Shown one piece after another: positions 29,212 to 38,389 of a DNA stretch of 64,000 nt; within the stretch, counting starts at the first letter, position 1, and each line of letters begins with the position of its first letter. Source of the DNA: Bacteroidota bacterium (GTDB lineage: Bacteria > Bacteroidota > Bacteroidia > Bacteroidales > FEN-979); the NCBI GenBank assembly GCA_026391735.1, contig JAPLDL010000017.1, positions 11,522 through 75,521 on the forward strand. Direction: 5' to 3'. A program made the translations under genes and the position numbers. The notes beneath the pieces are model-generated. The model searched no databases. It was not told the origin of the DNA and saw nothing but the letters and a program-made list of their open reading frames with translations.

Positions 29212-31284
29212 TCAGAGTTTCAAATTTTGATGTTCTATCCTGATCCTGGCATCCACTGCAAGGATAGTTTCTCCTTTTCCGAGCAGAGGATTGAAATCGA
29301 GTTCTACTATTTCGGGAGCTGCCTGAAGCAAAGCTGAAAGCCGTAAAAGGATACCTGAAAAAGCTTCTTCGCTTACCCCTTTTTGCCCTCTGACACCCTG
29401 AATGATCTTATAACTTTTAAGTGAGCGGATCATGGCCAGGGCTTCTTCCTTCGAAAGTGGGGAAAGGGCAGCTGCCACATCTTTAAGGACTTCGATAAAG
29501 ATGCCTCCCAAACCGCAAAGGATCATATGCCCGAATTTGGGTTCAAATTTCGCACCGGCAAAAAGTTCCGTCCCCGAAAGCATCGGTTGAATAAGGATGG
29601 CAGACGTTTCCCTGATCTTTATCATTTTATCGAACACATTCATTACCGAAGCCTCGTCCTTAACATTGAGGGCGACGCCTCCGACGTCAGATTTGTGCAC
29701 AGGGCCAACAACTTTCATCACGACAGGGAATCCAAGCCTGACTGCCGACCTGGCGGCATCTTCCCTGGTTTTCACCACAGCTTCCCCGACCCTGGGAATA
29801 CCACTTGCATCCATCAGTCCCTGTATGGCTGCAGGGGGGAGATACCCATCAGACGAACCGCTGATGATTTTGCGGATCGCTGCTGTTTTAACGGCAGGAA
29901 GTTTGGGATCGGAAGGAGCAGGCCCGGGAGTATAATATACCCGTGAAAGGGCTTTTCCAAAGGTCACTTCATCGGGAAAAAACGTTTTATTCTTTTGCAG
30001 GAATTCTGAGATCTCCTCTTTGGCAGTCATAACCGAAGGAAGTATTGGGTAAATTGGTTTTCTGGAGGTCATCATTTTTCCATCCAGAACATTATAAACG
30101 TCAAACACCCTGGTTAGGCCGGGGGTACCAAAGATCACAGCGATGCCGTCGATATCCTCGAACCTTTTGTCGCAATAGTCAATAATGGTACCCAGTTGTT
30201 CGGCAGTGCCGGTGGCCAGAAAATCAATCGGATTGGCGACCGAAGAACCCGGTAAAAGTTTTGACAGCAGTTCCTTTGATGCCGGATCGTCAATCCTTGG
30301 AACTGCCAATCCATTATCAGACAAGGCATCGGTAAGCATCACAGCCGGTCCGCCTGCATGTGTGATCACTGCAAGATTTTTACCTTTAAGTTGAGGATAG
30401 GTGAAAATGCAGGCCACACTGATCAGGTCTTCACGTCCGTAACATCTCACAATCCCGGCTTTACGGAACAGAGCATTCACGGCAACATCAGGGGAGGCCA
30501 GAGCTCCGGTATGGGATGAAGCTGCCCTGCTTCCGGCTTCGGAGGATCCAGCTTTAATAGCTGCAATACGGCAACCTTTTCGAATCAGGGAAGATGCATG
30601 TTTCAGGAGCATTTCAGGTTTCGAGATATTCTCAACATATAGCAGCTTGATCCTGGAACTTCTTTCGGAGTCAAAATTTTCGTCAAGGTAGGCGAGTATC
30701 TCCTCTACTCCCACCTGTGCGCTGTTTCCGACCGAAAAGACATTGGCAAAAGTGAGTCCGCTGGGGATCCCTGCTTCCATGATAAAACAAGCGGTGGCAC
30801 CCGAACCGGATATAAAGTCGCAACCTTTTGGATCGAGTTTAGGGATAGGTTTGGTAAACACCCCAGTATAATCCGGGGAAAGAACACCTATACAGTTAGG
30901 GCCTATTAATGTACCGTTAACGCTGTTAACAATAGCAACCAGTTTATCCTCGAGTTCTTTGCCTTCATGGCCTTCTTCGCTGAACCCTGCAGAAATCACG
31001 ATAAACGACCGGGTGTTTTTCTGTCGTGCAAGCAGCGCTGCAGTTTCGGGAATATACTTAGCAGCGATAGCCATTATCGCCAGGTCCACATCGGGTAGCT
31101 GGGCCGGGTCCTGGTAGCAGCGGATCCCCTGAACCTCTGATTCTTTGGGATTAGTCACATACAAGCGACCTTTAAACCTGTTCTCGATAAGGTTGCGGAG
31201 GATGGCTCCTCCCGGTTTTTGGGTATCATTTGATCCACCGACAACAACAATGCTTTCGGGATGCAACAAGGTTTTGTGTAGCAT
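29212..31284 (-). CDS. ADP-forming acetate/acyl-CoA ligase, fused alpha-beta
   Basis: CoA-binding domain, GPNCIG, SHTGALA (phospho-His), ATP-grasp HKSDVGGV and DFNPL. Confidence 0.92.
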   Translation of the reverse strand: MLHKTLLHPESIVVVGGSNDTQKPGGAILRNLIENRFKGRLYVTNPKESEVQGIRCYQDPAQLPDVDLAIMAIAAKYIPETAALLARQKNTRSFIVISAGFSEEGHEGKELEDKLVAIVNSVNGTLIGPNCIGVLSPDYTGVFTKPIPKLDPKGCDFISGSGATACFIMEAGIPSGLTFANVFSVGNSAQVGVEEILAYLDENFDSERSSRIKLLYVENISKPEMLLKHASSLIRKGCRIAAIKAGSSEAGSRAASSHTGALASPDVAVNALFRKAGIVRCYGREDLISVACIFTYPQLKGKNLAVITHAGGPAVMLTDALSDNGLAVPRIDDPASKELLSKLLPGSSVANPIDFLATGTAEQLGTIIDYCDKRFEDIDGIAVIFGTPGLTRVFDVYNVLDGKMMTSRKPIYPILPSVMTAKEEISEFLQKNKTFFPDEVTFGKALSRVYYTPGPAPSDPKLPAVKTAAIRKIISGSSDGYLPPAAIQGLMDASGIPRVGEAVVKTREDAARSAVRLGFPVVMKVVGPVHKSDVGGVALNVKDEASVMNVFDKMIKIRETSAILIQPMLSGTELFAGAKFEPKFGHMILCGLGGIFIEVLKDVAAALSPLSKEEALAMIRSLKSYKIIQGVRGQKGVSEEAFSGILLRLSALLQAAPEIVELDFNPLLGKGETILAVDARIRIEHQNLKL

Positions 31285-31292
31285 AAATAGTA

Positions 31293-32051
31293 TTATAAGA
31301 ATTTGACAAAGGGTACAAAAGCAGCAGTCTTTCGTTTATAATCCTCCCAGTCGGGCCGGCCGCTGTATTTCTTCTCGAGCATCGGGACTCCTGAAACAAA
31401 GCGCAGCAACAAGGTGATGATCACAGGGCTGATCAGGGTTATCCAACCGTTTGGAAGGCTCATTGCGTAGAAGCTGAATCCCCACCATACCAGGGCTTCC
31501 CCGAAATAATTTGGGTGACGGCACAATTCCCAGAGACCGGTAGTTATAATCCTGCCCTTGTTCTCAGGTTTCTTTTTAAATTCTGCAAGCTGGTAATCAG
31601 CAACCGCCTCGAACAGGAAACCGGTCCCGAAAATAACAAGCCCCAATGTATCCCAGAAACCGAGAACTTGTTTTGAATTAAAGTTTATATAATAAACCGG
31701 CAAAGCTATTAAGAACATAAACAAACCCTGCAGAAGGAATATCTGAAAATAGCTTCTCAGAATAAAATACTTCCAGGTCTCCCTCCATTGCCGGTACCTG
31801 AAATCCTCTCCACGGCCCCTGTTCCTCAAAAACACATGAACCGAGAGCCTCAGGCCCCATAAGGCAACAAGAAAAGTCACGATCCATTTCCTCAGGTCAG
31901 GTTCCATATCCTGGATGAATGAATAAATGGCGATCAGGATAAAACCCAGGCCCCAGAAAATATCCACGATGGAATTGTCTTTGGCGATCTGCGCCAGGAC
32001 AAAAACAAGAGACATATAAATCAGGATCAGCAATGCTATTTCGGTAAACAT
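31293..32051 (-). CDS. DUF1295 steroid 5-alpha-reductase-like membrane protein
   Basis: NSIVDIFWG, EDFRY, ADYQL, RHPNYFGE, SGVPMLE. Confidence 0.9.
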   Translation of the reverse strand: MFTEIALLILIYMSLVFVLAQIAKDNSIVDIFWGLGFILIAIYSFIQDMEPDLRKWIVTFLVALWGLRLSVHVFLRNRGRGEDFRYRQWRETWKYFILRSYFQIFLLQGLFMFLIALPVYYINFNSKQVLGFWDTLGLVIFGTGFLFEAVADYQLAEFKKKPENKGRIITTGLWELCRHPNYFGEALVWWGFSFYAMSLPNGWITLISPVIITLLLRFVSGVPMLEKKYSGRPDWEDYKRKTAAFVPFVKFL

Positions 32052-32096
32052 ACTACCAGGCTTTAAGGGAATTTTAATGAACCAAAGGTAGGAAAA

Positions 32097-33896
32097 TTAT
32101 TCCAGCAAGTAGGAGATACAAACTATGCCAGGTCCTGCATGAGCAACCAGTACAGGTGAAGCATGTTCCAGGTAAAGCGGTTTCTTACCTGTAAGTCTTT
32201 CCATTTCCGTGGCGAGATAATTTGCTGTTTCCGGGTTGGCGGCATGGGTAATGGCATATTCCCATATTTTGTTTTTACGAAACATCCGCTCAAAATCGCG
32301 GATAACTTTGGCGGTACAGCCTTTTTCGGTAAAGGATTTGCTGAACAGCACGGCTTTGCCCAGCTCATCCAATGCAATGATAGGTTTGAGGTCGAGAAAA
32401 CGGGCAATAAAACTTTTCATCGGGCTGACCCTGCCCGAACGGATAATATATTTCAGGGTTTGAACGCTGACCCGGATGCCCGCTTTAGGGATCCATTCCT
32501 TGATCCTGGCTGAAAGTTCAAAGTGGGACATGCCTTCTTCAAGCGCTCTCGCGGCCCGAACCAGGATAAGGCCCAGGGCCCCGGTAAGCACCTTGGAATC
32601 AATAACCTCAATAAGTCTGGATGAGCGTTTGGCTACTTCCCTGCCTGCTATTTCTGCATTGCTGTATGTTCCGCTAAGGCCGCTGGAAAGATGGATACCT
32701 ATAATATTTTTATACTGAGTGCTCAGGTATTCAAATTTATTCTGGAAATCCTTAGCCGATGGCTGGGAGGTAGTCGGACTTACTTCCGATTGTTCCAGTC
32801 TGTCGTAAAACTTTTCGGGATTGATGGTAAGGCGGTCGAGGTAATAGGTTTCTCCGAAATGAACGTTGAGAGGAACAACATGGATCTGGTAGCGGTCGGT
32901 GAATTCACGAGGAAGGTCACAAGTCGAATCAGTCATCAGGGCCACATCCGATCTTCGATCCAGCAGAATCGAGTTCTGAAAGATCATATCATCGACTTTC
33001 TGGTAGCTGATCTCTCCAAAACGGTGAAGCTGGGACATTACCTCGATCGGATGATCGGTATGGATATGAACCCTCATTTTACTTCGAGAACCTGCCACAA
33101 CCAGTGAATCCCCTGAATTCTCGAGAAAAGAACGGATTTTCTTCTGATCAAGATTCTGTCCGTTGATAAGGGCTTCGGTGCAAAACCGGAATGTTATAAC
33201 ATCATGCTGAACTTCAACCTCTTCACCCGCCGATTCATCGGCATGGGCAGTAATGGCTGTTTCGGGCTGACCCAGTGTGAAAAAATCTTTAATCCCTTCA
33301 AGAAAATAAACAAAACCTTTGGCCCCGGCATCCACCACATGTGCTTTGGCAAGTACTTCCAGTTTCTTTGTCGTTCCGGCAAGAGCTTCAAGGGCTTTGT
33401 TATATGCCTCTACCAGTAATTTGATAAAATCATCAATCCTGTCCTTGATCTTGTCCAGATGCTCAGCCCATTCCTTTATGACAGTAAGAATCGTTCCTTC
33501 CACCGGGTTGGCTATTGCATCATAAGCATAGGCAACCGCCTTTTTCATACTCTCAGCAAAGGACTTGATATCAAGTGGTTGACCCTCATTGAGTTCATTG
33601 CTGAAACCATATAGAAATTGTGCAAAAATAATACCTGAATTTCCTCTTGCCCCGCTCAATGCTGCGTCGGCCATTGCCACAGCCGTCTGTTTCAGATTGT
33701 CGGTGGGGATTATTGCATCCATGATTGAACGCATAGTGGAAGCCAGGTTGGTACCAGTATCGGCATCCGCGACAGGAAAGACATTAATTTTATTTAACAG
33801 CTTCTGCTGCTCGAAGATCCTTTGGGCACCGGCAAGAAATGAGTGGTAAAGCTGCTTGCCGTCCAATTCCTTAATTTTCTGAGTTATTTCAGTCAA
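32097..33896 (-). CDS. DAK2 (FakA-like) - DegV (FakB-like) fusion, putative fatty acid kinase
   Basis: INVFPVADADTGTN, GARGNSG, PVEGTILTV, VDAGAKG, FCTE and VHIHT; then DegV TDSTCD, PTTSQP, LSSGLSGT, SGRV, HAGPG. Confidence 0.9.
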   Translation of the reverse strand: MTEITQKIKELDGKQLYHSFLAGAQRIFEQQKLLNKINVFPVADADTGTNLASTMRSIMDAIIPTDNLKQTAVAMADAALSGARGNSGIIFAQFLYGFSNELNEGQPLDIKSFAESMKKAVAYAYDAIANPVEGTILTVIKEWAEHLDKIKDRIDDFIKLLVEAYNKALEALAGTTKKLEVLAKAHVVDAGAKGFVYFLEGIKDFFTLGQPETAITAHADESAGEEVEVQHDVITFRFCTEALINGQNLDQKKIRSFLENSGDSLVVAGSRSKMRVHIHTDHPIEVMSQLHRFGEISYQKVDDMIFQNSILLDRRSDVALMTDSTCDLPREFTDRYQIHVVPLNVHFGETYYLDRLTINPEKFYDRLEQSEVSPTTSQPSAKDFQNKFEYLSTQYKNIIGIHLSSGLSGTYSNAEIAGREVAKRSSRLIEVIDSKVLTGALGLILVRAARALEEGMSHFELSARIKEWIPKAGIRVSVQTLKYIIRSGRVSPMKSFIARFLDLKPIIALDELGKAVLFSKSFTEKGCTAKVIRDFERMFRKNKIWEYAITHAANPETANYLATEMERLTGKKPLYLEHASPVLVAHAGPGIVCISYLLE

Positions 33897-33996
33897 TAGC
33901 GGGAATTTTTAATGAAGGTGCAAAGGTATGGAAAATCCTGCAATCAATTTCCAACATTCAGCATTCGACCCTAAGGCTCAGCAAATTTAACATTTT

Positions 33997-35217
33997 TTAT
34001 GAGAACCGGATCGCTTTGACCGGGTTGATCCGGGTGATGATCAGCGAAGGAATGATCAGCATAAGATAGCATGCAGTGACTGCCAGCACATTAAGGATGA
34101 ATATGTTAAAAAGATCCAGATGGATCGGCACAACAGGGACATAATAGGACTCCTGGGGCAAACGTATGACCCCCCATTGCAGTTGAATCATACATAGGGC
34201 AAACCCGATTAAATTGCCAAGGCCAATACCCCATCCAAGGATATACAGGGCATGGTATACAAATATTTTACGGATCCGGCGGTTTGCAAGGCCAAGGGCC
34301 TTAAGCACACCTATCATGGATGTCCTTTCCAGGATAAGGATCAGCAATGTGGAGATCATGGTAATTGCCGAAACTGCTATCATCAGCGACAGTATAATGA
34401 CCACATTCATATCCTGCAAGGCAAGCCAGTCGAAGATCTGGGGATATAACTGGTAAATCGTGGATGCATCAAGCTGAAACCCGATCTGGTGATACACGTA
34501 TTTCCCCATTTCATCAACATCCCTGAAATCTTTAAGTATCACTTCAAACCCGCCAACCTGACCGTTATTCCAACCATTGATCTTCTGTATATGGATGATA
34601 TTCCCGATCACATACAGCTTGTCAAACTCCTCAAGACCCGTTTCAAAAATCCCTGAGATCCTGAACTTCCTGCCAATCGTATGTTCCCCATAAATGAAAT
34701 ACATCCGCAAGGGATCATTGATCTTAAGATTCAGCAGGTCGGCCAGCGCCCTGGAAATTATCACATCATTCTTCCGGGAGGAATCGGAATAATCGGGGAT
34801 CCTGCCTTCTTTCATCCTCTTGCTGAAGAATTCCCAGTCATAATCTTCGCCCACCCCTTTGAGAACCACTCCCTGTATCTGGTCGGAAGTCCTGATAATT
34901 CCGGCTTTACTAGCATAAACCTGGATATGTTTTATCTTCGGATGGAGGCGCAGGGAAGGCAGGAAAGATTGTTGCTTCTCAACCGGGAAGGGTACAAGGT
35001 TCGTGTTTTCAGAAAATCTTGTGACCTGGATATGTCCTGTAAATCCAATAACTTTATCGCGGATTTCCTTCTGAAATCCGGTCAGGATGGCAATCGAGAC
35101 AAACATGATCGTAAGGCTCAAGGTAATGGCCAGTATGGATATGCGGATCACGGGGCGGGAATAATTCCCCCTGCTCCCTTTTATCATCCTGTGTGCTATA
35201 AAGAGATCGGTGTTCAA
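33997..35217 (-). CDS. LolC/E-type (FtsX-like) ABC permease
   Basis: GFQKEIRDK, large periplasmic domain, ERTSMIGVLKALG, INPVKAIRF. Confidence 0.9.
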   Translation of the reverse strand: MNTDLFIAHRMIKGSRGNYSRPVIRISILAITLSLTIMFVSIAILTGFQKEIRDKVIGFTGHIQVTRFSENTNLVPFPVEKQQSFLPSLRLHPKIKHIQVYASKAGIIRTSDQIQGVVLKGVGEDYDWEFFSKRMKEGRIPDYSDSSRKNDVIISRALADLLNLKINDPLRMYFIYGEHTIGRKFRISGIFETGLEEFDKLYVIGNIIHIQKINGWNNGQVGGFEVILKDFRDVDEMGKYVYHQIGFQLDASTIYQLYPQIFDWLALQDMNVVIILSLMIAVSAITMISTLLILILERTSMIGVLKALGLANRRIRKIFVYHALYILGWGIGLGNLIGFALCMIQLQWGVIRLPQESYYVPVVPIHLDLFNIFILNVLAVTACYLMLIIPSLIITRINPVKAIRFS

Positions 35218-35257
35218 TCAAATTGAGTTATCTTTACAAAAATAGAAAACTTATTCC

Positions 35258-36433
35258 ATGCTTAGCAGAATCAAACTCCAACTTATCTTTACTTTCCTGC
35301 TTATTTCGTATTGCAGCCTGATTGTATTTTCCCAGGTAAAGCCTGCTTCCTTTCAAACCGAGAAGTATCTCAGGATCCTGCATGGAAAGAAAATAGGCGT
35401 GGTAGCCAATGCCTCTTCCGTTGTTGGCCAAACAAATATTGTTGACACTCTTCTAAGGAGCGGAATTGATGTTAAAGTGGTGTTTTCGCCCGAGCATGGC
35501 TTCAAACTAAAGGATGATGCAGGGCAGCAGTCAACTGATTATACTGACCCTGATACCGGGCTTCGTATCATTTCTCTTTATGGTCTCAAGAAAAAACCAG
35601 CTGAAATGGACCTTTCGGGGATCGATATGGTCGTTTTTGACATACAGGACGTCGGGGCCCGTTTCTACACTTATATCAGCACATTAAGCCTGGTAATGGA
35701 GGCCTGTGCAGAGAATAAAATAGGTGTTCTTGTGCTTGACAGACCCAATCCAAATGCATTTTACATTGACGGACCTGTGCTGGATCCGAAATACAAATCA
35801 TTCGTTGGGATGCACCCGGTGCCGGTCGTGTATGGTATGACAATCGGAGAGTACGCGAAAATGGTGAACGGGGAAGGCTGGTTAAAAGACGGAGTCAGCT
35901 GCGAACTGAGTGTTTTGCCCGTGGAGAATTATACTCACCAGACAGCCTGGTTCCCCCAAACAAGACCTTCTCCGAACCTGCCTGATGCAAACTCCATCCT
36001 GCTGTATCCTTCACTTTGCTTTTTTGAAGGCACCGTGATCAGTGTAGGGAGAGGCACATCTGCACCTTTCGAGGTATACGGCCATCCCGGGTTGCAGGGA
36101 TATTCCTTTAATTTTACACCTGTGGTTATTAAAGGGATGGATTCCAGACCCATGTATAAGGACAAAACCTGTTATGGTGAGAACCTGCAGAAGTATTACG
36201 AGTTGCATCCAGCCGATAAAGGCAGGATAACCCTTTCCTGGCTAATCAGGGCATTTCAGAATCTGGGAAGCAAACCCGATTTTTTCAATCCCTATTTCGA
36301 CCAGCTGGCAGGTACATCAAAACTGCAGGAACAGATTGTAAAAGGTATGAAAGAGGAAGATATACGCAGCAGCTGGAAAGCCGGCATTGAAGCGTTTAAA
36401 AAGATAAGGGAAAAGTATTTACTGTATCCGTAG
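35258..36433 (+). CDS. exo-beta-N-acetylmuramidase NamZ family (DUF1343)
   Basis: FSPEHG, SLYG, DIQDVGARFYTY, LDRPNP, PSPNLP, SVGRGT. Confidence 0.92.
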   Translation: MLSRIKLQLIFTFLLISYCSLIVFSQVKPASFQTEKYLRILHGKKIGVVANASSVVGQTNIVDTLLRSGIDVKVVFSPEHGFKLKDDAGQQSTDYTDPDTGLRIISLYGLKKKPAEMDLSGIDMVVFDIQDVGARFYTYISTLSLVMEACAENKIGVLVLDRPNPNAFYIDGPVLDPKYKSFVGMHPVPVVYGMTIGEYAKMVNGEGWLKDGVSCELSVLPVENYTHQTAWFPQTRPSPNLPDANSILLYPSLCFFEGTVISVGRGTSAPFEVYGHPGLQGYSFNFTPVVIKGMDSRPMYKDKTCYGENLQKYYELHPADKGRITLSWLIRAFQNLGSKPDFFNPYFDQLAGTSKLQEQIVKGMKEEDIRSSWKAGIEAFKKIREKYLLYP

Positions 36434-36443
36434 CAGCCGTTAG

Positions 36444-36520
36444 GATTTACGATTTACGAATTACGATTTACGAATTACGGTTTTTTCATTTGTCAATTGT
36501 AAAGTTCACTCGTAATTCGT
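36444..36520. repeat. GA(T/A)TTAC heptamer tandem array with an inverted copy between convergent genes
   Basis: Five units at 36444-36478; inverted CGTAATTCGT at 36511-36520. Confidence 0.8.
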
Positions 36521-37717
36521 TTATTCCCTGCCGGGATAAACTTTGAGTGCTGCTTCCAGGCATTTCATGGATTCGCGTAAATCGTTCACGTTAAGCACAT
36601 AGCTTATCCTGACTTCATCGATACCGCGTCCTTTGGTGGAATAGAATCCTGTCCCCGGAGCAAGCATTACGGTTTTGCCTTGCCAACTGAAACCCTCCAA
36701 CAGCCACTGGCAGAATTTATCCGAATCATCGATAGGCAGCCTGGCCATTGCATAAAACGCTCCTCCGGGAACAGGACAGAAACAACCCTCCATTTTATTG
36801 ATTGATTCCACAACCACATTGCGGCGCTGAAGGTATTCGTCGAGTACCCCTTTGATATAAGAATCAGGGGTATTTATAGCTTCTTCCCCGGCAATCTGTC
36901 CGAAGGTAGGCGGGCTTAGCCGTGCCTGGGCAAATTTCATGGCAGTGGACATCACATCCTTGTTGTGGGAAATCATAACCCCTATCCTGGCTCCGCAGGC
37001 GCTGTATCGTTTTGAAATAGAGTCGAGCAACACCACATTCTGCTCGATCCCTTTCAGGTTCATTACCGAATAATGTTCTTTGCCGTCATAAACGAATTCA
37101 CGGTAAACCTCGTCCGCAAACAAAAACAGATCATGTTTAAGGACAATTTCCTTAAGCAGTTCCAGCTCTTCCCGGGAATAAAGGTAACCGGTCGGATTAT
37201 TGGGGTTGCAGACCATGATAGCTTTGGTATTCGGAGTGATGGCTTTTTCGAAGGCTGACATCGGGGGCAATGCAAAACCGTTCTCAATGATTGAATCTAT
37301 CGGGATAACGTTTACGCCTGCTGCAACAGAGAACCCGTTATAATTTGCATAAAAAGGTTCGGGTATTATAATTTCATCACCAGGATTAAGGCAGGTGAAC
37401 ATGGCAAACATGATCGCCTCGCTGCCTCCGGTGGTCACAATCATTTCTTCGGGGCTGACTTCAATACCACATTTTTTATAATATTCGGCAAGTTTTTTCC
37501 TGTAAGAAGGTATCCCTGCTGAATGGCTGTATTCAATCACCTTAAGGTCGGTATTCCTGATCTTGTCCATTACATTTTCAGGAGTGGGGATGTCGGGTTG
37601 CCCGATATTAAGATGAAAGACTTTGATGCCTCTTTTTTTTGCTTCATCTGAAAAGGGAACGAGTTTGCGGATCGGCGAGGGAGGACAGAGCTGTCCACGG
37701 TTTGAAATAGTTGGCAT
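36521..37717 (-). CDS. PLP-dependent aminotransferase class I/II (aspartate aminotransferase-like)
   Basis: LNIGQPD, NPNNPTG, DEVYREF, SISKRYSACGARIG. Confidence 0.93.
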   Translation of the reverse strand: MPTISNRGQLCPPSPIRKLVPFSDEAKKRGIKVFHLNIGQPDIPTPENVMDKIRNTDLKVIEYSHSAGIPSYRKKLAEYYKKCGIEVSPEEMIVTTGGSEAIMFAMFTCLNPGDEIIIPEPFYANYNGFSVAAGVNVIPIDSIIENGFALPPMSAFEKAITPNTKAIMVCNPNNPTGYLYSREELELLKEIVLKHDLFLFADEVYREFVYDGKEHYSVMNLKGIEQNVVLLDSISKRYSACGARIGVMISHNKDVMSTAMKFAQARLSPPTFGQIAGEEAINTPDSYIKGVLDEYLQRRNVVVESINKMEGCFCPVPGGAFYAMARLPIDDSDKFCQWLLEGFSWQGKTVMLAPGTGFYSTKGRGIDEVRISYVLNVNDLRESMKCLEAALKVYPGRE

Positions 37718-37744
37718 AATTACAGGTATTATCTAAAGCAGGAA

Positions 37745-37763
37745 AGCCAGCTTTTGGCTGGCT
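37745..37763 (-). terminator. stem-loop downstream of the DUF1573 gene
   Basis: AGCCAGC-TTTTG-GCTGGCT perfect 7-bp stem; the U-tract is weak. Confidence 0.4.
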
Positions 37764-37787
37764 GGACTGCTTGGGTTATAATAGTAT

Positions 37788-38252
37788 TTACTTGCTGACA
37801 GGAGTTGCTCCCTGTTCATTCTGTTTTTCGGGTGTTGTACTAACCGGCTTTGCAACAACAGTTCCCTTGATAGTCAACCTGATAGTAGAGGTTTTGGCAT
37901 TTGAATTCACGGTAACTGTCTTGTTGATGGGGCCGATGTTATTTGTGTTGTAAGTCACTTTGATCACATCGCTTTTCCCTGGGAGAACAGGCTCCTGGGG
38001 CCATGAAGAGGTTGTACATCCGCACGAGGTCATAGGTTTTGAAAGGATCAGCGGCTCTTTTCCTGTGTTTGTGAACTTGAATTCACAAGCGCCGTCGGCA
38101 CCCTGGAAGATAGTGCCATAATCATGAACCAGCTGATCGAAAGAAATTTCAGGGGCATTCGGGTTAACCGGAGGCTGCTGGGCTGTTTCCTGAGCATTTA
38201 CTGCAAAAGCAGCAAAGATGACAAACAGGACTGAAAGCAAAATTTTCTGCAT
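37788..38252 (-). CDS. DUF1573 domain exported protein
   Basis: Signal peptide, HDYGTI, FTNTGKEPL, SCGCT, PGKS; TACCTTTG box at 38290-38297. Confidence 0.9.
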   Translation of the reverse strand: MQKILLSVLFVIFAAFAVNAQETAQQPPVNPNAPEISFDQLVHDYGTIFQGADGACEFKFTNTGKEPLILSKPMTSCGCTTSSWPQEPVLPGKSDVIKVTYNTNNIGPINKTVTVNSNAKTSTIRLTIKGTVVAKPVSTTPEKQNEQGATPVSK

Positions 38253-38389
38253 ATTATTTATATTATTTGTAGGTTGAAAAAATGGAACACAAAGGTATAA
38301 AAAATATTATCGCAACCCTGACAGGGGGGTATTAATATTTTATAAAGACAATGCAGAAAGCAATTGGTTGCCGGCCGGGGATAGACTTA

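Noticed and set aside
36444-36520. Heptamer arrays as a CRISPR array
   Set aside because: The units are 7 bp and contiguous, with no unique spacers and no cas genes in the window.
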